Source of the DNA: Thermoanaerobaculia bacterium
GTDB lineage: Bacteria; Acidobacteriota; Thermoanaerobaculia; Gp7-AA8
Direction: 5' to 3'
Length of the DNA stretch: 35,787 nucleotides
Assembly (NCBI GenBank): GCA_035526885.1
Contig: DATLBM010000269.1
Coordinates: forward strand, 1 to 35,787
Under the pieces are notes generated by a model that made no database searches, was not told the origin of the DNA, and saw only the letters and a list, made by a program, of their open reading frames with translations. Position numbers and translations under genes: made by a program. This document shows positions 1 through 7,775 of the stretch, piece after piece (position 1 is the first letter of the stretch; every line of letters starts with the position of its first letter).

Positions 1-2
1 CG

Positions 3-1049
3 CTGCTGCGCACGAAGCTCGGCGACGTCCTCTACTTTTTCCTCTGGATCGCGCTGATGGGCAGCATCACGTCGATGATGGAGAAGGGCATCGGCGCGAC
101 GTGGGCGCCGTTCTTCGACGTGTCCGGCTTCGGAATCCTGCTGCAGCAGATGCGGACGTTCTACGCGACGAATTCGCTCTCCATCGGCGCGTCGTCGTTC
201 GACGCCAGCAAAGGAACGATGCCGTTCGCGGGACTGCACATGACGCCGTACTACGCGCTGACGCGCATCACGGCGTCGCTGTGGCCCGTGGCGTTGCTGT
301 CGCTGGCGCGCGTCTTCTTCCATCGATTCGATCCCGCGCGCATCCGCGCGGTGCCGAACGAGAAGGCGCGGCGCAGCTGGATCGGACGCCTGAACTTCAT
401 CGCCAAACCGATCGCACGCTTGTTCGTGTGGGCGGCGCGGCCGTTGTCGCGCACGCCGGCGATGATCGACGCGCTGACGACGCTGGCCGGATTCCCGATC
501 GCACTCATCGCCATCGTCATCTTCGCCATCGTGGCGATGTCCGCGGGCAACGCGCAGTCGCTCTTCACCGGCGTGCTGCCCATCGCGTGGGCGGGATGCG
601 CGATCACGATCGCGGACATCGCCTCGCGCGAGAAGCGCTCGGGCACCACCGCGCTGACGTTCGCCGCGCCGCACCTGCGCGAGCGCTACGTCCTCTGGAA
701 GTTCGGATCGTCACTCATCGTCGCTCTCGTGTTCCTCGGCGTGCCGCTCGCGTGCGCGATCCGCACACGCCCGGACCTCGCCCTCGCTTTGCTCGCAGGC
801 GTGGTCTTCACGGTCGCCGCCGCCACCGCCCTGGGCATCCTCAGCTCGAACCCGAAGACGTTCATCGTGGGCTTCCTCACGTTCTGGTACGTGGCATCAC
901 AGGACAAAGGCGCGTCGCCGGCCCTCGACTTCGCGGGCTGGTTCGGCACGGCTACGCCCGCGGTTGTCGCGTCGTACGCGCTCGCTGCGCTCGCGCTACT
1001 CGCGGTCGCGCAGCTCTTTCACGCGCGGGAGTTGCGCGTGAAGTGGTAG
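3..1049 (+). CDS. multi-pass integral membrane protein, 5' end cut by the window edge; family not recognised
   Basis: The frame of ORF 57..1049 stays open back to nt 3 (LLRTKLGDVLYFFLWIALMGS...). GC3 is high. Several long hydrophobic segments are present (FPIALIAIVIFAIVAMSAG, LIVALVFLGVPLACAI, VVFTVAAATALGIL, VVASYALAALALLAVAQLF). Confidence 0.6.
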   Translation: MLRTKLGDVLYFFLWIALMGSITSMMEKGIGATWAPFFDVSGFGILLQQMRTFYATNSLSIGASSFDASKGTMPFAGLHMTPYYALTRITASLWPVALLSLARVFFHRFDPARIRAVPNEKARRSWIGRLNFIAKPIARLFVWAARPLSRTPAMIDALTTLAGFPIALIAIVIFAIVAMSAGNAQSLFTGVLPIAWAGCAITIADIASREKRSGTTALTFAAPHLRERYVLWKFGSSLIVALVFLGVPLACAIRTRPDLALALLAGVVFTVAAATALGILSSNPKTFIVGFLTFWYVASQDKGASPALDFAGWFGTATPAVVASYALAALALLAVAQLFHARELRVKW

Positions 1050-1219
1050 GTCGCGCCCGCACCTCGCGCGCTCGAATCGGTCGCCTGTCCTTCGTGTCGT
1101 AGATACGTGCCGCACCTCGAACGTCCCAGGCATCTCGTTTCTCTCAGACCCTGCTTACGGATAGCTTCCAACGCCGGTAGATGTTGCGTCGATGACGGGT
1201 TCCGAGGGAGGCTGGGACC

Positions 1220-1903
1220 GTGCGTTCGAATCGCGTCAGCATCGCCGACATGCCCATAGACGAACGGCCGCGCGAGCGGATGGCTCGCGGTGGAGCGGTG
1301 GCGCTCTCGGACGCGGAGTTGATCGCACTGCTGATCGCGCCGGGATGGACAGGGAGAAGCTCCATCGATATGGCGCGCGAGCTGGTAGCTGATGGGCTGC
1401 TCGCCGTCGCGCGCCGCGAGTGGATTCCGCGGAAACCTGCCGGCAGTCTCGGGCCGACTCGTGTGGCGCGCATTGGTGCGGCGCTGGAGCTCGGGCGCCG
1501 GATCGCGGCGTCGACTGCGATTTCTTCGGATCCGGTGCACGACCCGGCATCGGTCGCGCAGCGGCTCATCGCCGCTTATGGTCATCGCGTTCAGGAGACG
1601 TTCGGGGCGATCTATCTGGATTCTCGCGATCGTATTGTCAGCGAGCGAGAAATCTATGTCGGTACGTTGACTTCGGCGGCCGTTTCGGCGCGCGATGTGT
1701 TCCGGTTGGCGCTGCACGACCATGCTGCATCCGTGATCGTTTTTCACAATCACCCGTCCGGAGATCCGTCGCCGTCGGCGCAGGACGTGGCCTTCACCTC
1801 AGAGCTCAGCAGCGTCGGTATGGCCTTGGACGTCGACGTGCTCGATCATCTGATCGTGGCCCGGAGCGGTTTCATCTCCTTCCGGCAACGCGGCTTGATG
1901 TGA
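1220..1903 (+). CDS. radC: RadC-family JAMM/MPN+ protein
   Basis: N-terminus SIADMPIDERPRERM...LSDAELIALLI matches the RadC helix-hairpin-helix region. The C-terminal JAMM motif HNHPSGDPSPSAQD is present. GTG start follows GAGGGAGG. Confidence 0.9.
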   Translation: MRSNRVSIADMPIDERPRERMARGGAVALSDAELIALLIAPGWTGRSSIDMARELVADGLLAVARREWIPRKPAGSLGPTRVARIGAALELGRRIAASTAISSDPVHDPASVAQRLIAAYGHRVQETFGAIYLDSRDRIVSEREIYVGTLTSAAVSARDVFRLALHDHAASVIVFHNHPSGDPSPSAQDVAFTSELSSVGMALDVDVLDHLIVARSGFISFRQRGLM

Positions 1904-1913
1904 CGCGCTCGGG

Positions 1914-2597
1914 CTACCTCGTTCGGCCTGACCTGCCGATGATGACGCCAAGGATTTCGACCGGCAAATTCTGATCGTCCAGAGCGATCGGTTGGTAGCG
2001 AGGGTGCGCGCTCAACAGGTAACGCCCGTTGCTCTGGACGACGAGGCGTTTCACGAAAACGCCCTCTCCGATGCGACATACGATGAGTTTGCCGACCGGA
2101 GGGGCCTCCGAAGCGCTGACCGTGACCGCGTAAAGCATGTCGTCCGGCAGGATGCCTTCGCCGATCATGGATTCGCCGATTGCGTGAAGCAGCAGATCAG
2201 TGGCGTCTCCGAACGGCGTCTTGACCGGCCGGTCGGCGACCCGCTTATCACGCGTTGCGGCCAGCGCCGGGCGGGGAAGGATCCTCGCGTTCGGTTCAGA
2301 GAGAGCGTCCATCGTGGCAAGTTTGCGGTCAATCCAGCCACGGAATCGCGCGAGCTCGTCCGCGTCTTCCGGTGCGATCGCGAACGAAATGCCCAGGAGC
2401 GCGGCGATCGTCGTGCCGGTCACGCGCGCGATGCCCCGCAGGAGCTGCAGCTTCGGATTGTCCTCTTTGCCGGTGCGCAACCGGCTGATGGTGTTCTTGT
2501 TGACAGACAGAGTTTTCGCAATCTCCTGAGCCGTCTTCCCGCTTGCGCGGATGGCCGCGTCGATGCGTTCCCCGAGAGTCAACATCCCCGGTATCAT
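1914..2597 (-). CDS. XRE-family HTH transcriptional repressor with C-terminal S24 (LexA/CI-like) peptidase domain
   Basis: N-terminal HTH (GKTAQEIAKTLSVNKNTISRLRTGKEDNPKL). C-terminal beta-rich part is typical of the S24 fold (GDATDLLLHAIGESMIGEG...VKRLVVQSNGRYLLSAHP). AAGGAG lies upstream of the start; an alternative ATG is at 2585. Confidence 0.8.
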   Translation of the reverse strand: MIPGMLTLGERIDAAIRASGKTAQEIAKTLSVNKNTISRLRTGKEDNPKLQLLRGIARVTGTTIAALLGISFAIAPEDADELARFRGWIDRKLATMDALSEPNARILPRPALAATRDKRVADRPVKTPFGDATDLLLHAIGESMIGEGILPDDMLYAVTVSASEAPPVGKLIVCRIGEGVFVKRLVVQSNGRYLLSAHPRYQPIALDDQNLPVEILGVIIGRSGRTR

Positions 2598-2705
2598 GAC
2601 TCCTTTAGTTGTCTTTATTGGCCGGGAGATGCAGGACGTCTACACTGGCTGTGACAACTGCTTGAACATCGCCATTAGGGTAGATTGGCTGGCGGAGAGA
2701 CTGAG
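2598..2705. promoter_or_regulatory. divergent intergenic region between the repressor and ATPase genes, with a possible operator inverted repeat
   Basis: 108-bp gap, relatively AT-rich for this window. 7-bp inverted repeat AGTTGTC (2607-2613) / GACAACT (2653-2659). I could not place a convincing -35/-10 pair. Confidence 0.3.
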
Positions 2706-3968
2706 ATGCTGAAATCGCTGATGGTCCGGGCGGTGGGACCTGCGCCGGAGATGACGATCGATTTCGCGGAACGCATCAACGTCATCACAGGCGATAACGG
2801 CCTCGGCAAGAGTTTCCTGCTCGACGTGGCCTGGTGGGCGTTGACCCGGACATGGGCGGGGACGCCGGCTCTTCCGACCGACCCGTCCGAAGCGATGATC
2901 CGCTACGTCATCAAGGGGCGCAAAGGCTCCGCGGAACCGGTGACCTCGCGTTATCGGGCGGAAGAACAGGAGTGGCCGGGCGAGCCGAAACGCCCGGCGA
3001 TGCCGGGCGTCGTCGTCTACATGCGTGTCGACGGCGGATTTTCCGTCTGGGATCCGGCGCGCAACTACTGGCGGAAAGATCGATCCGACCGGCCGCCGGC
3101 GTATCACTTCGACCATCAGGAAGTCTGGGATGGACTCCGCATCAACGGCGTGAGTGTCTCGGAGGGACTGGAACGCGACTGGGTGAGCTGGCAGAAAGGG
3201 CGCGAGCCTCAGTTCCTCCTCCTCGAGCGCGTTCTGCAAAAGCTATCGCCGCCCGACGTGGCACTGACGCCCGGTCCACCGAAACGCGTATTTCTCGGCG
3301 AGGGCTTCGACCGGCCAACACTCCTGATCGGTGACGCGGTCGTCCCGGTCGCCATTGCGTCGGCAGGCATTCGGCGGATTCTCGCGCTCGCGTACCTGCT
3401 CGTGTGGGCGTGGCACGAACACCGTGTCGCGGCGGCCTTGCTCGGGACCGAGCCCGACACACGCATGGCACTGCTCATCGACGAACCGGAAACCCATCTT
3501 CACCCGGCATGGCAGCGGCGCGTCATCCCCGCGGTCGTGGAGGCCGTCCGCGTTCTGCATGAGGAGCACAAGTCGGCCACGCAGATCCTGATTGCGACGC
3601 ATTCGCCGCTCGTGCTCGCATCGCTGGAGCCGTTTTTCGACATCGACCGCGATGCGCTGTTCCACCTTCGCTTCGAAGCGGGCTACGCCGTCCTCGAGCC
3701 CGAGCCCTGGGCGAAGCAAGGCGACGCCAGTCAATGGCTGGTCTCGGACGTGTTCAATATGCGGCAAGCCCGCTCGGCGGAAGCGGAGCAAGCCATCGAG
3801 GCCGCGGAAGCCTTCATGCGGGAAGATCTGCACATGCTTCCCGAAGGATTGCGCACGCGCGAGCAGATCAATGCGAGGTTGAGGACTCTCCTCGCGCCCC
3901 ACGATCCGTTCTGGGCTCGATGGCTGACACGAACCGAGCCCGCGCTGCGCGTCTCGGCGCGAGCGTAG
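2706..3968 (+). CDS. ABC/SMC-like AAA ATPase (AAA_21-type), Septu PtuA-like
   Basis: Walker A GDNGLGKS, Walker B/D-loop LLIDEPETHLHP, H-loop IATHSPLV. ATG at 2706 is preceded by GGAGAG; the ORF track begins at TTG 2685. Confidence 0.8.
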   Translation: MLKSLMVRAVGPAPEMTIDFAERINVITGDNGLGKSFLLDVAWWALTRTWAGTPALPTDPSEAMIRYVIKGRKGSAEPVTSRYRAEEQEWPGEPKRPAMPGVVVYMRVDGGFSVWDPARNYWRKDRSDRPPAYHFDHQEVWDGLRINGVSVSEGLERDWVSWQKGREPQFLLLERVLQKLSPPDVALTPGPPKRVFLGEGFDRPTLLIGDAVVPVAIASAGIRRILALAYLLVWAWHEHRVAAALLGTEPDTRMALLIDEPETHLHPAWQRRVIPAVVEAVRVLHEEHKSATQILIATHSPLVLASLEPFFDIDRDALFHLRFEAGYAVLEPEPWAKQGDASQWLVSDVFNMRQARSAEAEQAIEAAEAFMREDLHMLPEGLRTREQINARLRTLLAPHDPFWARWLTRTEPALRVSARA

Positions 3969-3970
3969 TC

Positions 3971-4549
3971 GTGATTCGCGTTCAGCCGGTTCCGGAGCCG
4001 GCGCAGTTCGACACCGAAGTGCGGCAGCGTGGACGAGCGTGGCTCGCCGCCAACCCGTCAGCCAGGCGGCCGAAGGACTTCTGGAGCCCGTTCAGGAATG
4101 TTTTGAGCGATGGATTTGGATCGTTGTGCGGCTATGCCGCCATGTTCGATCCCACCGGCGGCACGGTCGATCACTACCTCAGCTATCGCAATCACCCGCA
4201 CCTCGCCTACGAGTGGTCGAATTACCGGTTCGCGTCGAGCACCATGAATTCGATCAAGCGGAATGCGGACGACGCGGTGCTCGATCCTTACGGCATCGGC
4301 GATGGATGGTTCGAGATCATCCTGCCGTCGCTGCAGATGCGCATCACGCCGAGGGTGCCGCCCGAGCATCGCTCGCGCGCGGAAACGACATTGTCCCGCC
4401 TCAAACTGCGCGATGACGAACGTCTGATTCGGTGGCGCCAGAGCTGGTACGAGATGTACAGCGCCGGCGAGTTGACGCTCGATGGTCTCGAGCGCGTTGC
4501 GCCGCTCATCGCGGCCGCTGTTCGAAAGCAGGCAGCGGAATACGGCTGA
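3971..4549 (+). CDS. HNH-like nuclease-fold protein resembling TIGR02646 / Septu PtuB, with degenerate zinc ligands
   Basis: GTG lies 2 nt after the ATPase stop; an alternative ATG is at 3920. LCGYAAMFDPTGGTVDHYLSYRNHPHLAYEWSNYRFASSTMNSIKRN parallels the layout CxYCE...(I/V)(E/D)H..P....W.N...C..CN..K. The DH and N..K positions are kept but most Cys are lost. Confidence 0.6.
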   Translation: MIRVQPVPEPAQFDTEVRQRGRAWLAANPSARRPKDFWSPFRNVLSDGFGSLCGYAAMFDPTGGTVDHYLSYRNHPHLAYEWSNYRFASSTMNSIKRNADDAVLDPYGIGDGWFEIILPSLQMRITPRVPPEHRSRAETTLSRLKLRDDERLIRWRQSWYEMYSAGELTLDGLERVAPLIAAAVRKQAAEYG

Positions 4550-4560
4550 CGCTCCACCCC

Positions 4561-5253
4561 TCACCTCCGCCCCCGCCCCCACACGGCCCTGCGCGTTCCG
4601 CCCACCGCGTCCGTGCGGAAGGGCGGGTAGTCGATCACTTCGACGGAGTCGAAGTGAGAGGCGAACATCTGCACGAAGACGTCGCGGTGGGGGGCGATGA
4701 GGTTTCCGTGGACGGTGCGGCAGCGTTGGTCCGTCCAGTCCCACACTATCGCGGTGAGCTCCGAGCCGCCGAGCTGGTTGCGGAGGGGGAGCTGCGTGAG
4801 CTCCGCCGGGTCGCACATGGGGACGAAGCACGATCCGCCGGGCTTCGTCCAGGCGGCCACGTTCGCGATCGTTTTGCGGATCGCCGGGACGCTGCCCGCG
4901 TAACAGTACGCCCACCACATCAGCGTCACGAGATCGAAACGCGCTTCCAGTTGCGGTTGCGGCTCGCGGAAGTCGGCTTCGAGGAAGGGGACGTCCGGAT
5001 TGTGTGAGCGGGCCACGTCCAGCATGGCGGGAGAGAGATCGAGGCCGCAGCGATCGACGTCCGGGAACTGGCTGAGGAACCAGCCCGTGCCGCACGCCGC
5101 ATCGAGCCACGAGCCGCCGGGTGGCATGTGCTCGCGCAGCCACGCCAGTTCGAATGCGGTGGCCTCCTCGTAATGCTCGCCGTGCAGGAACGCCTCGTCG
5201 TAGGTCTCCGCGTAGCGCGCGCTGTAAATGGCCAGGACTTCATCGCGCGTCAT
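4561..5253 (-). CDS. class I SAM-dependent methyltransferase
   Basis: Motif I LDAACGTGWF followed by GLDLSPAMLDVAR. Its ATG overlaps the upstream stop (ATGA at 5250-5253). Confidence 0.85.
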   Translation of the reverse strand: MTRDEVLAIYSARYAETYDEAFLHGEHYEEATAFELAWLREHMPPGGSWLDAACGTGWFLSQFPDVDRCGLDLSPAMLDVARSHNPDVPFLEADFREPQPQLEARFDLVTLMWWAYCYAGSVPAIRKTIANVAAWTKPGGSCFVPMCDPAELTQLPLRNQLGGSELTAIVWDWTDQRCRTVHGNLIAPHRDVFVQMFASHFDSVEVIDYPPFRTDAVGGTRRAVWGRGRR

Positions 5254-7775
5254 GCGAGCAGCTCCCGAAGCGATGCGGCCAGCGTTTGGACGGATGGCGG
5301 AGTGAGGAGATTGAAATGCGTCGCCTCGATGCGATGCACGTCCAGGCCCGGCGCGACGCCCGACCAGAGCGACGCGTTGCGCAGGTGATCGCTTTCACGG
5401 TCTTCCACGGTCCGCGTCGCCGCGAAGAGCGTTACGCGCGTGTTCGCGGGAGCGGGAACGTAGTGGCGCATGGTGCGGAAGTTCGCGCGAAGATTGCGGA
5501 GGAAGCGGCGCAGGTCGTGATAGCCGACGTCGTCCGCCGCGGGCATCAGGCGATAGAGGCGACAGAACTCCTGGACCGAGGAGAGACGTCGTTTCTCCTG
5601 CGGAATGTAGCGCCCCGTCAGCTCGATCAGCTCGCGCCACAGCGCGTGCTCGTGGGCCTCCTCGACCTGCGGCGAGTCGAGGTCATGGCGTTCCAGCACC
5701 TCGCCGAGGTCGACCACGGGGTTGCGATCCTCCGGGCCGTATGCGCGCGGGAACCGCGTGTCCAGCAGCGCCACGTGCGATGCCTCGTCGCCGAGCTGCT
5801 GCGCCATCTCGTACGCGATGAGGCCCCCGAACGAATAGCCGGCCAGAAGATACGGGCCGTGTGGATGCGCGGCGCGCAACGCGTCGATGTAGCGCGCGGC
5901 CATCTCCGGCGCGTGCTGCAGCGGCGCGTCGCTGCTGCGCGGGTCGGGACCTTTCAGTCCGACGACGGCGCGATCGGAGCCGAGAAGGCGCGCGAGCTCG
6001 ACGTAGCAGAGGATCGATCCGCCGGACGGATGGATGCAGACCAGCGGACGTCCGTTGCCGCGCTGGATCGTGACCAGCGGCGACGCATCGCGCGTGCGCG
6101 CGTGATGGCGGAGGAGGCGCGCAAGATGCTCGATCGTCGCGTCGGGCAGCAACGCCGAAGGCTCGAGCGCCACGCCGAATTCGGATTGCACGCGCGCGAG
6201 CAGGTCGACGGCCATGATGGAGTCGGCGCCGAGGGCGAAGAAGTCGTCCGTGACGCCGATTCCTTCGCGCTCGAGGAGCGTTTCCCAGATCCGCGCGAGC
6301 TGCAGCTCGACGGGATCGCGCGGTGTGACGAACGAGCGTTCCGGCGCCGGTTTGGCGACGCGAACGCGCGGCTCGCCGTCGATGCCGGTCTCCACGACCA
6401 CCGCCTGGCCGCGCTCGCGCTCGATCGCTTCGAGATCGACGAGCTCTCCGCCGATCCATGCGCGCCGATCCGTGCGGCCGCACAACTCGATGTTGCCGTC
6501 GTCGCGGACTCGGGCCAGGTCGCCCGTCTTCTCGCCGCGAATCACGAGCGCGCCGATCTCGCCCATCGCGCAGTCCTCGCCGTTCGCGGCGACGACGCGA
6601 ACGTCGACGCCGGTGAGCGGCCGTCCGATCGGTTGCGTCCCGGGCAGCGGCGGATCGGCGATGCGATACGCGCACGCGTCGAGGTACGTCGTGAACAGCG
6701 GCGCGTCGGACGGGAAGAAGTTGCGCCAGCGCGCGATGAGGCCGTCGGTGACCGGCTCGCCGGTGAAGACGACGGCGGAAACGCCGCTGAGTGGTTTCGG
6801 CCGCAGGGCGCGCGCGATGCGGCGGCGGGCTTCGTGCGCCGTGAGCGTGAGGCTGTTCGGCGGCGGCGTCATGGGCTCGAGGGCGGCGGACGTGGCGACG
6901 GGCTTCAGCCCGTCGCGATGTGGGTATTGCGACGGGCTGAAGCCCGTCGTCACGCTTGTCCCGATCAGCCGCTGCCATTCGTTGCGCAGCGCGCGGTCGT
7001 ACAGCCAGTTGCCGTCGAAGTGATTGCCCGCGACTTCGATCATCCGCTTCGGCTCGCGCGCGGCGTCGAACACGCGTCGCGCGAGCTGAATGGGCACGAG
7101 CCAGTCCTCGCGCGCGTGCACGACGATGACCGGACACCGCGCGTCCGCGACCGGTTTCGTCGAATCGAGCGGGATCGTGAGACGGCGGATCTTCGTGACC
7201 CACTTCGGCAGGTGGTGATCGCGCAGGTCGGTCATCGAGCTCGCGCATCCGTGAAACACGAGCGCGCGGCAGTCGACCTGCGTGGCCAGTCGCGCGGCGA
7301 TCGCGGCACCGAGCGAGCGGCCGTAGAGAATGATCGCGTCCGGCGCGATGCCTTTCGCGAGCAGCGCATCCCACGCCGCGCGCGCCGCCTCCTCGCATCC
7401 CTGCACCGTCGCCGTTCCCTCCGAAGTCCCGAAGCCGGGATAGTCGAACGCGAAAACGTTCGCGCCGAGGGACGAGACGTAGCGGATCGCTTCCAGCTCC
7501 TGGCTGACGTTCGCGGCACGGCCGGGGAACAGCAGCACCGTAACTTTCGCGTCGTCGTGCGGCACCCACCAGGCGCGGATCGAGTCGCGGCCCGCGCGGA
7601 GGCGGAGCTCGTCGAATGCCAGTCCCACGCGCGAAGGCGTGCCCCAGTCGCGGCGGCTTGGCCGGAGCACGAGGATGCGCTGGTTGAAGAGCGCGAGCGC
7701 GAAGAAGCGCGTGTTGCGGATCCAGGTTCGGTTCGAGCGCAGGAGCCGGCGCAGCGCGCGAAGGATGCGTCTCAC
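5250..7775 (-). CDS. single open frame joining an alpha/beta-hydrolase to a truncated adenylation-like region, a PCP and a thioesterase
   Basis: GTG 7775 overlaps the KS stop (GTGA). Hydrolase: GRSLG nucleophile, REDW, GNHFD. No in-frame stop crosses the palindromic repeat at 6890-6955. After the repeat come degenerate A5-A8-like motifs (TGDLARVRDDGNIELCGRTDRRAWIGGELVDLEAIE), PCP GADSIMAV and TE GYSFGG. An internal ATG at 6872 allows an alternative two-gene model. Confidence 0.7.
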   Translation of the reverse strand: MRRILRALRRLLRSNRTWIRNTRFFALALFNQRILVLRPSRRDWGTPSRVGLAFDELRLRAGRDSIRAWWVPHDDAKVTVLLFPGRAANVSQELEAIRYVSSLGANVFAFDYPGFGTSEGTATVQGCEEAARAAWDALLAKGIAPDAIILYGRSLGAAIAARLATQVDCRALVFHGCASSMTDLRDHHLPKWVTKIRRLTIPLDSTKPVADARCPVIVVHAREDWLVPIQLARRVFDAAREPKRMIEVAGNHFDGNWLYDRALRNEWQRLIGTSVTTGFSPSQYPHRDGLKPVATSAALEPMTPPPNSLTLTAHEARRRIARALRPKPLSGVSAVVFTGEPVTDGLIARWRNFFPSDAPLFTTYLDACAYRIADPPLPGTQPIGRPLTGVDVRVVAANGEDCAMGEIGALVIRGEKTGDLARVRDDGNIELCGRTDRRAWIGGELVDLEAIERERGQAVVVETGIDGEPRVRVAKPAPERSFVTPRDPVELQLARIWETLLEREGIGVTDDFFALGADSIMAVDLLARVQSEFGVALEPSALLPDATIEHLARLLRHHARTRDASPLVTIQRGNGRPLVCIHPSGGSILCYVELARLLGSDRAVVGLKGPDPRSSDAPLQHAPEMAARYIDALRAAHPHGPYLLAGYSFGGLIAYEMAQQLGDEASHVALLDTRFPRAYGPEDRNPVVDLGEVLERHDLDSPQVEEAHEHALWRELIELTGRYIPQEKRRLSSVQEFCRLYRLMPAADDVGYHDLRRFLRNLRANFRTMRHYVPAPANTRVTLFAATRTVEDRESDHLRNASLWSGVAPGLDVHRIEATHFNLLTPPSVQTLAASLRELLA
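6890..6955. repeat. palindromic GGGCTTCAGCCC-core element, copy 1 (REPIN/MITE-like), inside an ORF
   Basis: ACGTGGCGACGGGCTTCAGCCCGTCGC - 11-nt loop - GCGACGGGCTGAAGCCCGTCGTCACGC. Read in frame on the minus strand it gives TTGFSPSQYPHRDGLKPVATS. Confidence 0.85.

Noticed and set aside
1050-1219. Intergenic region upstream of radC, examined for a small RNA, a tRNA or an att site
   Set aside because: I could see no cloverleaf-compatible structure, repeat or conserved motif. Nothing here is supportable from the sequence alone.
4551-4592. C-rich/G-rich run (CCCCTCACCTCCGCCCCCGCCCCCACAC) as a possible G-quadruplex or regulatory element in the convergent gap
   Set aside because: It is simply the 3' end of the methyltransferase gene (…AVWGRGRR stop on the minus strand). 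Only three G-tracts of 3 or more are present, so a canonical G4 is not supported.
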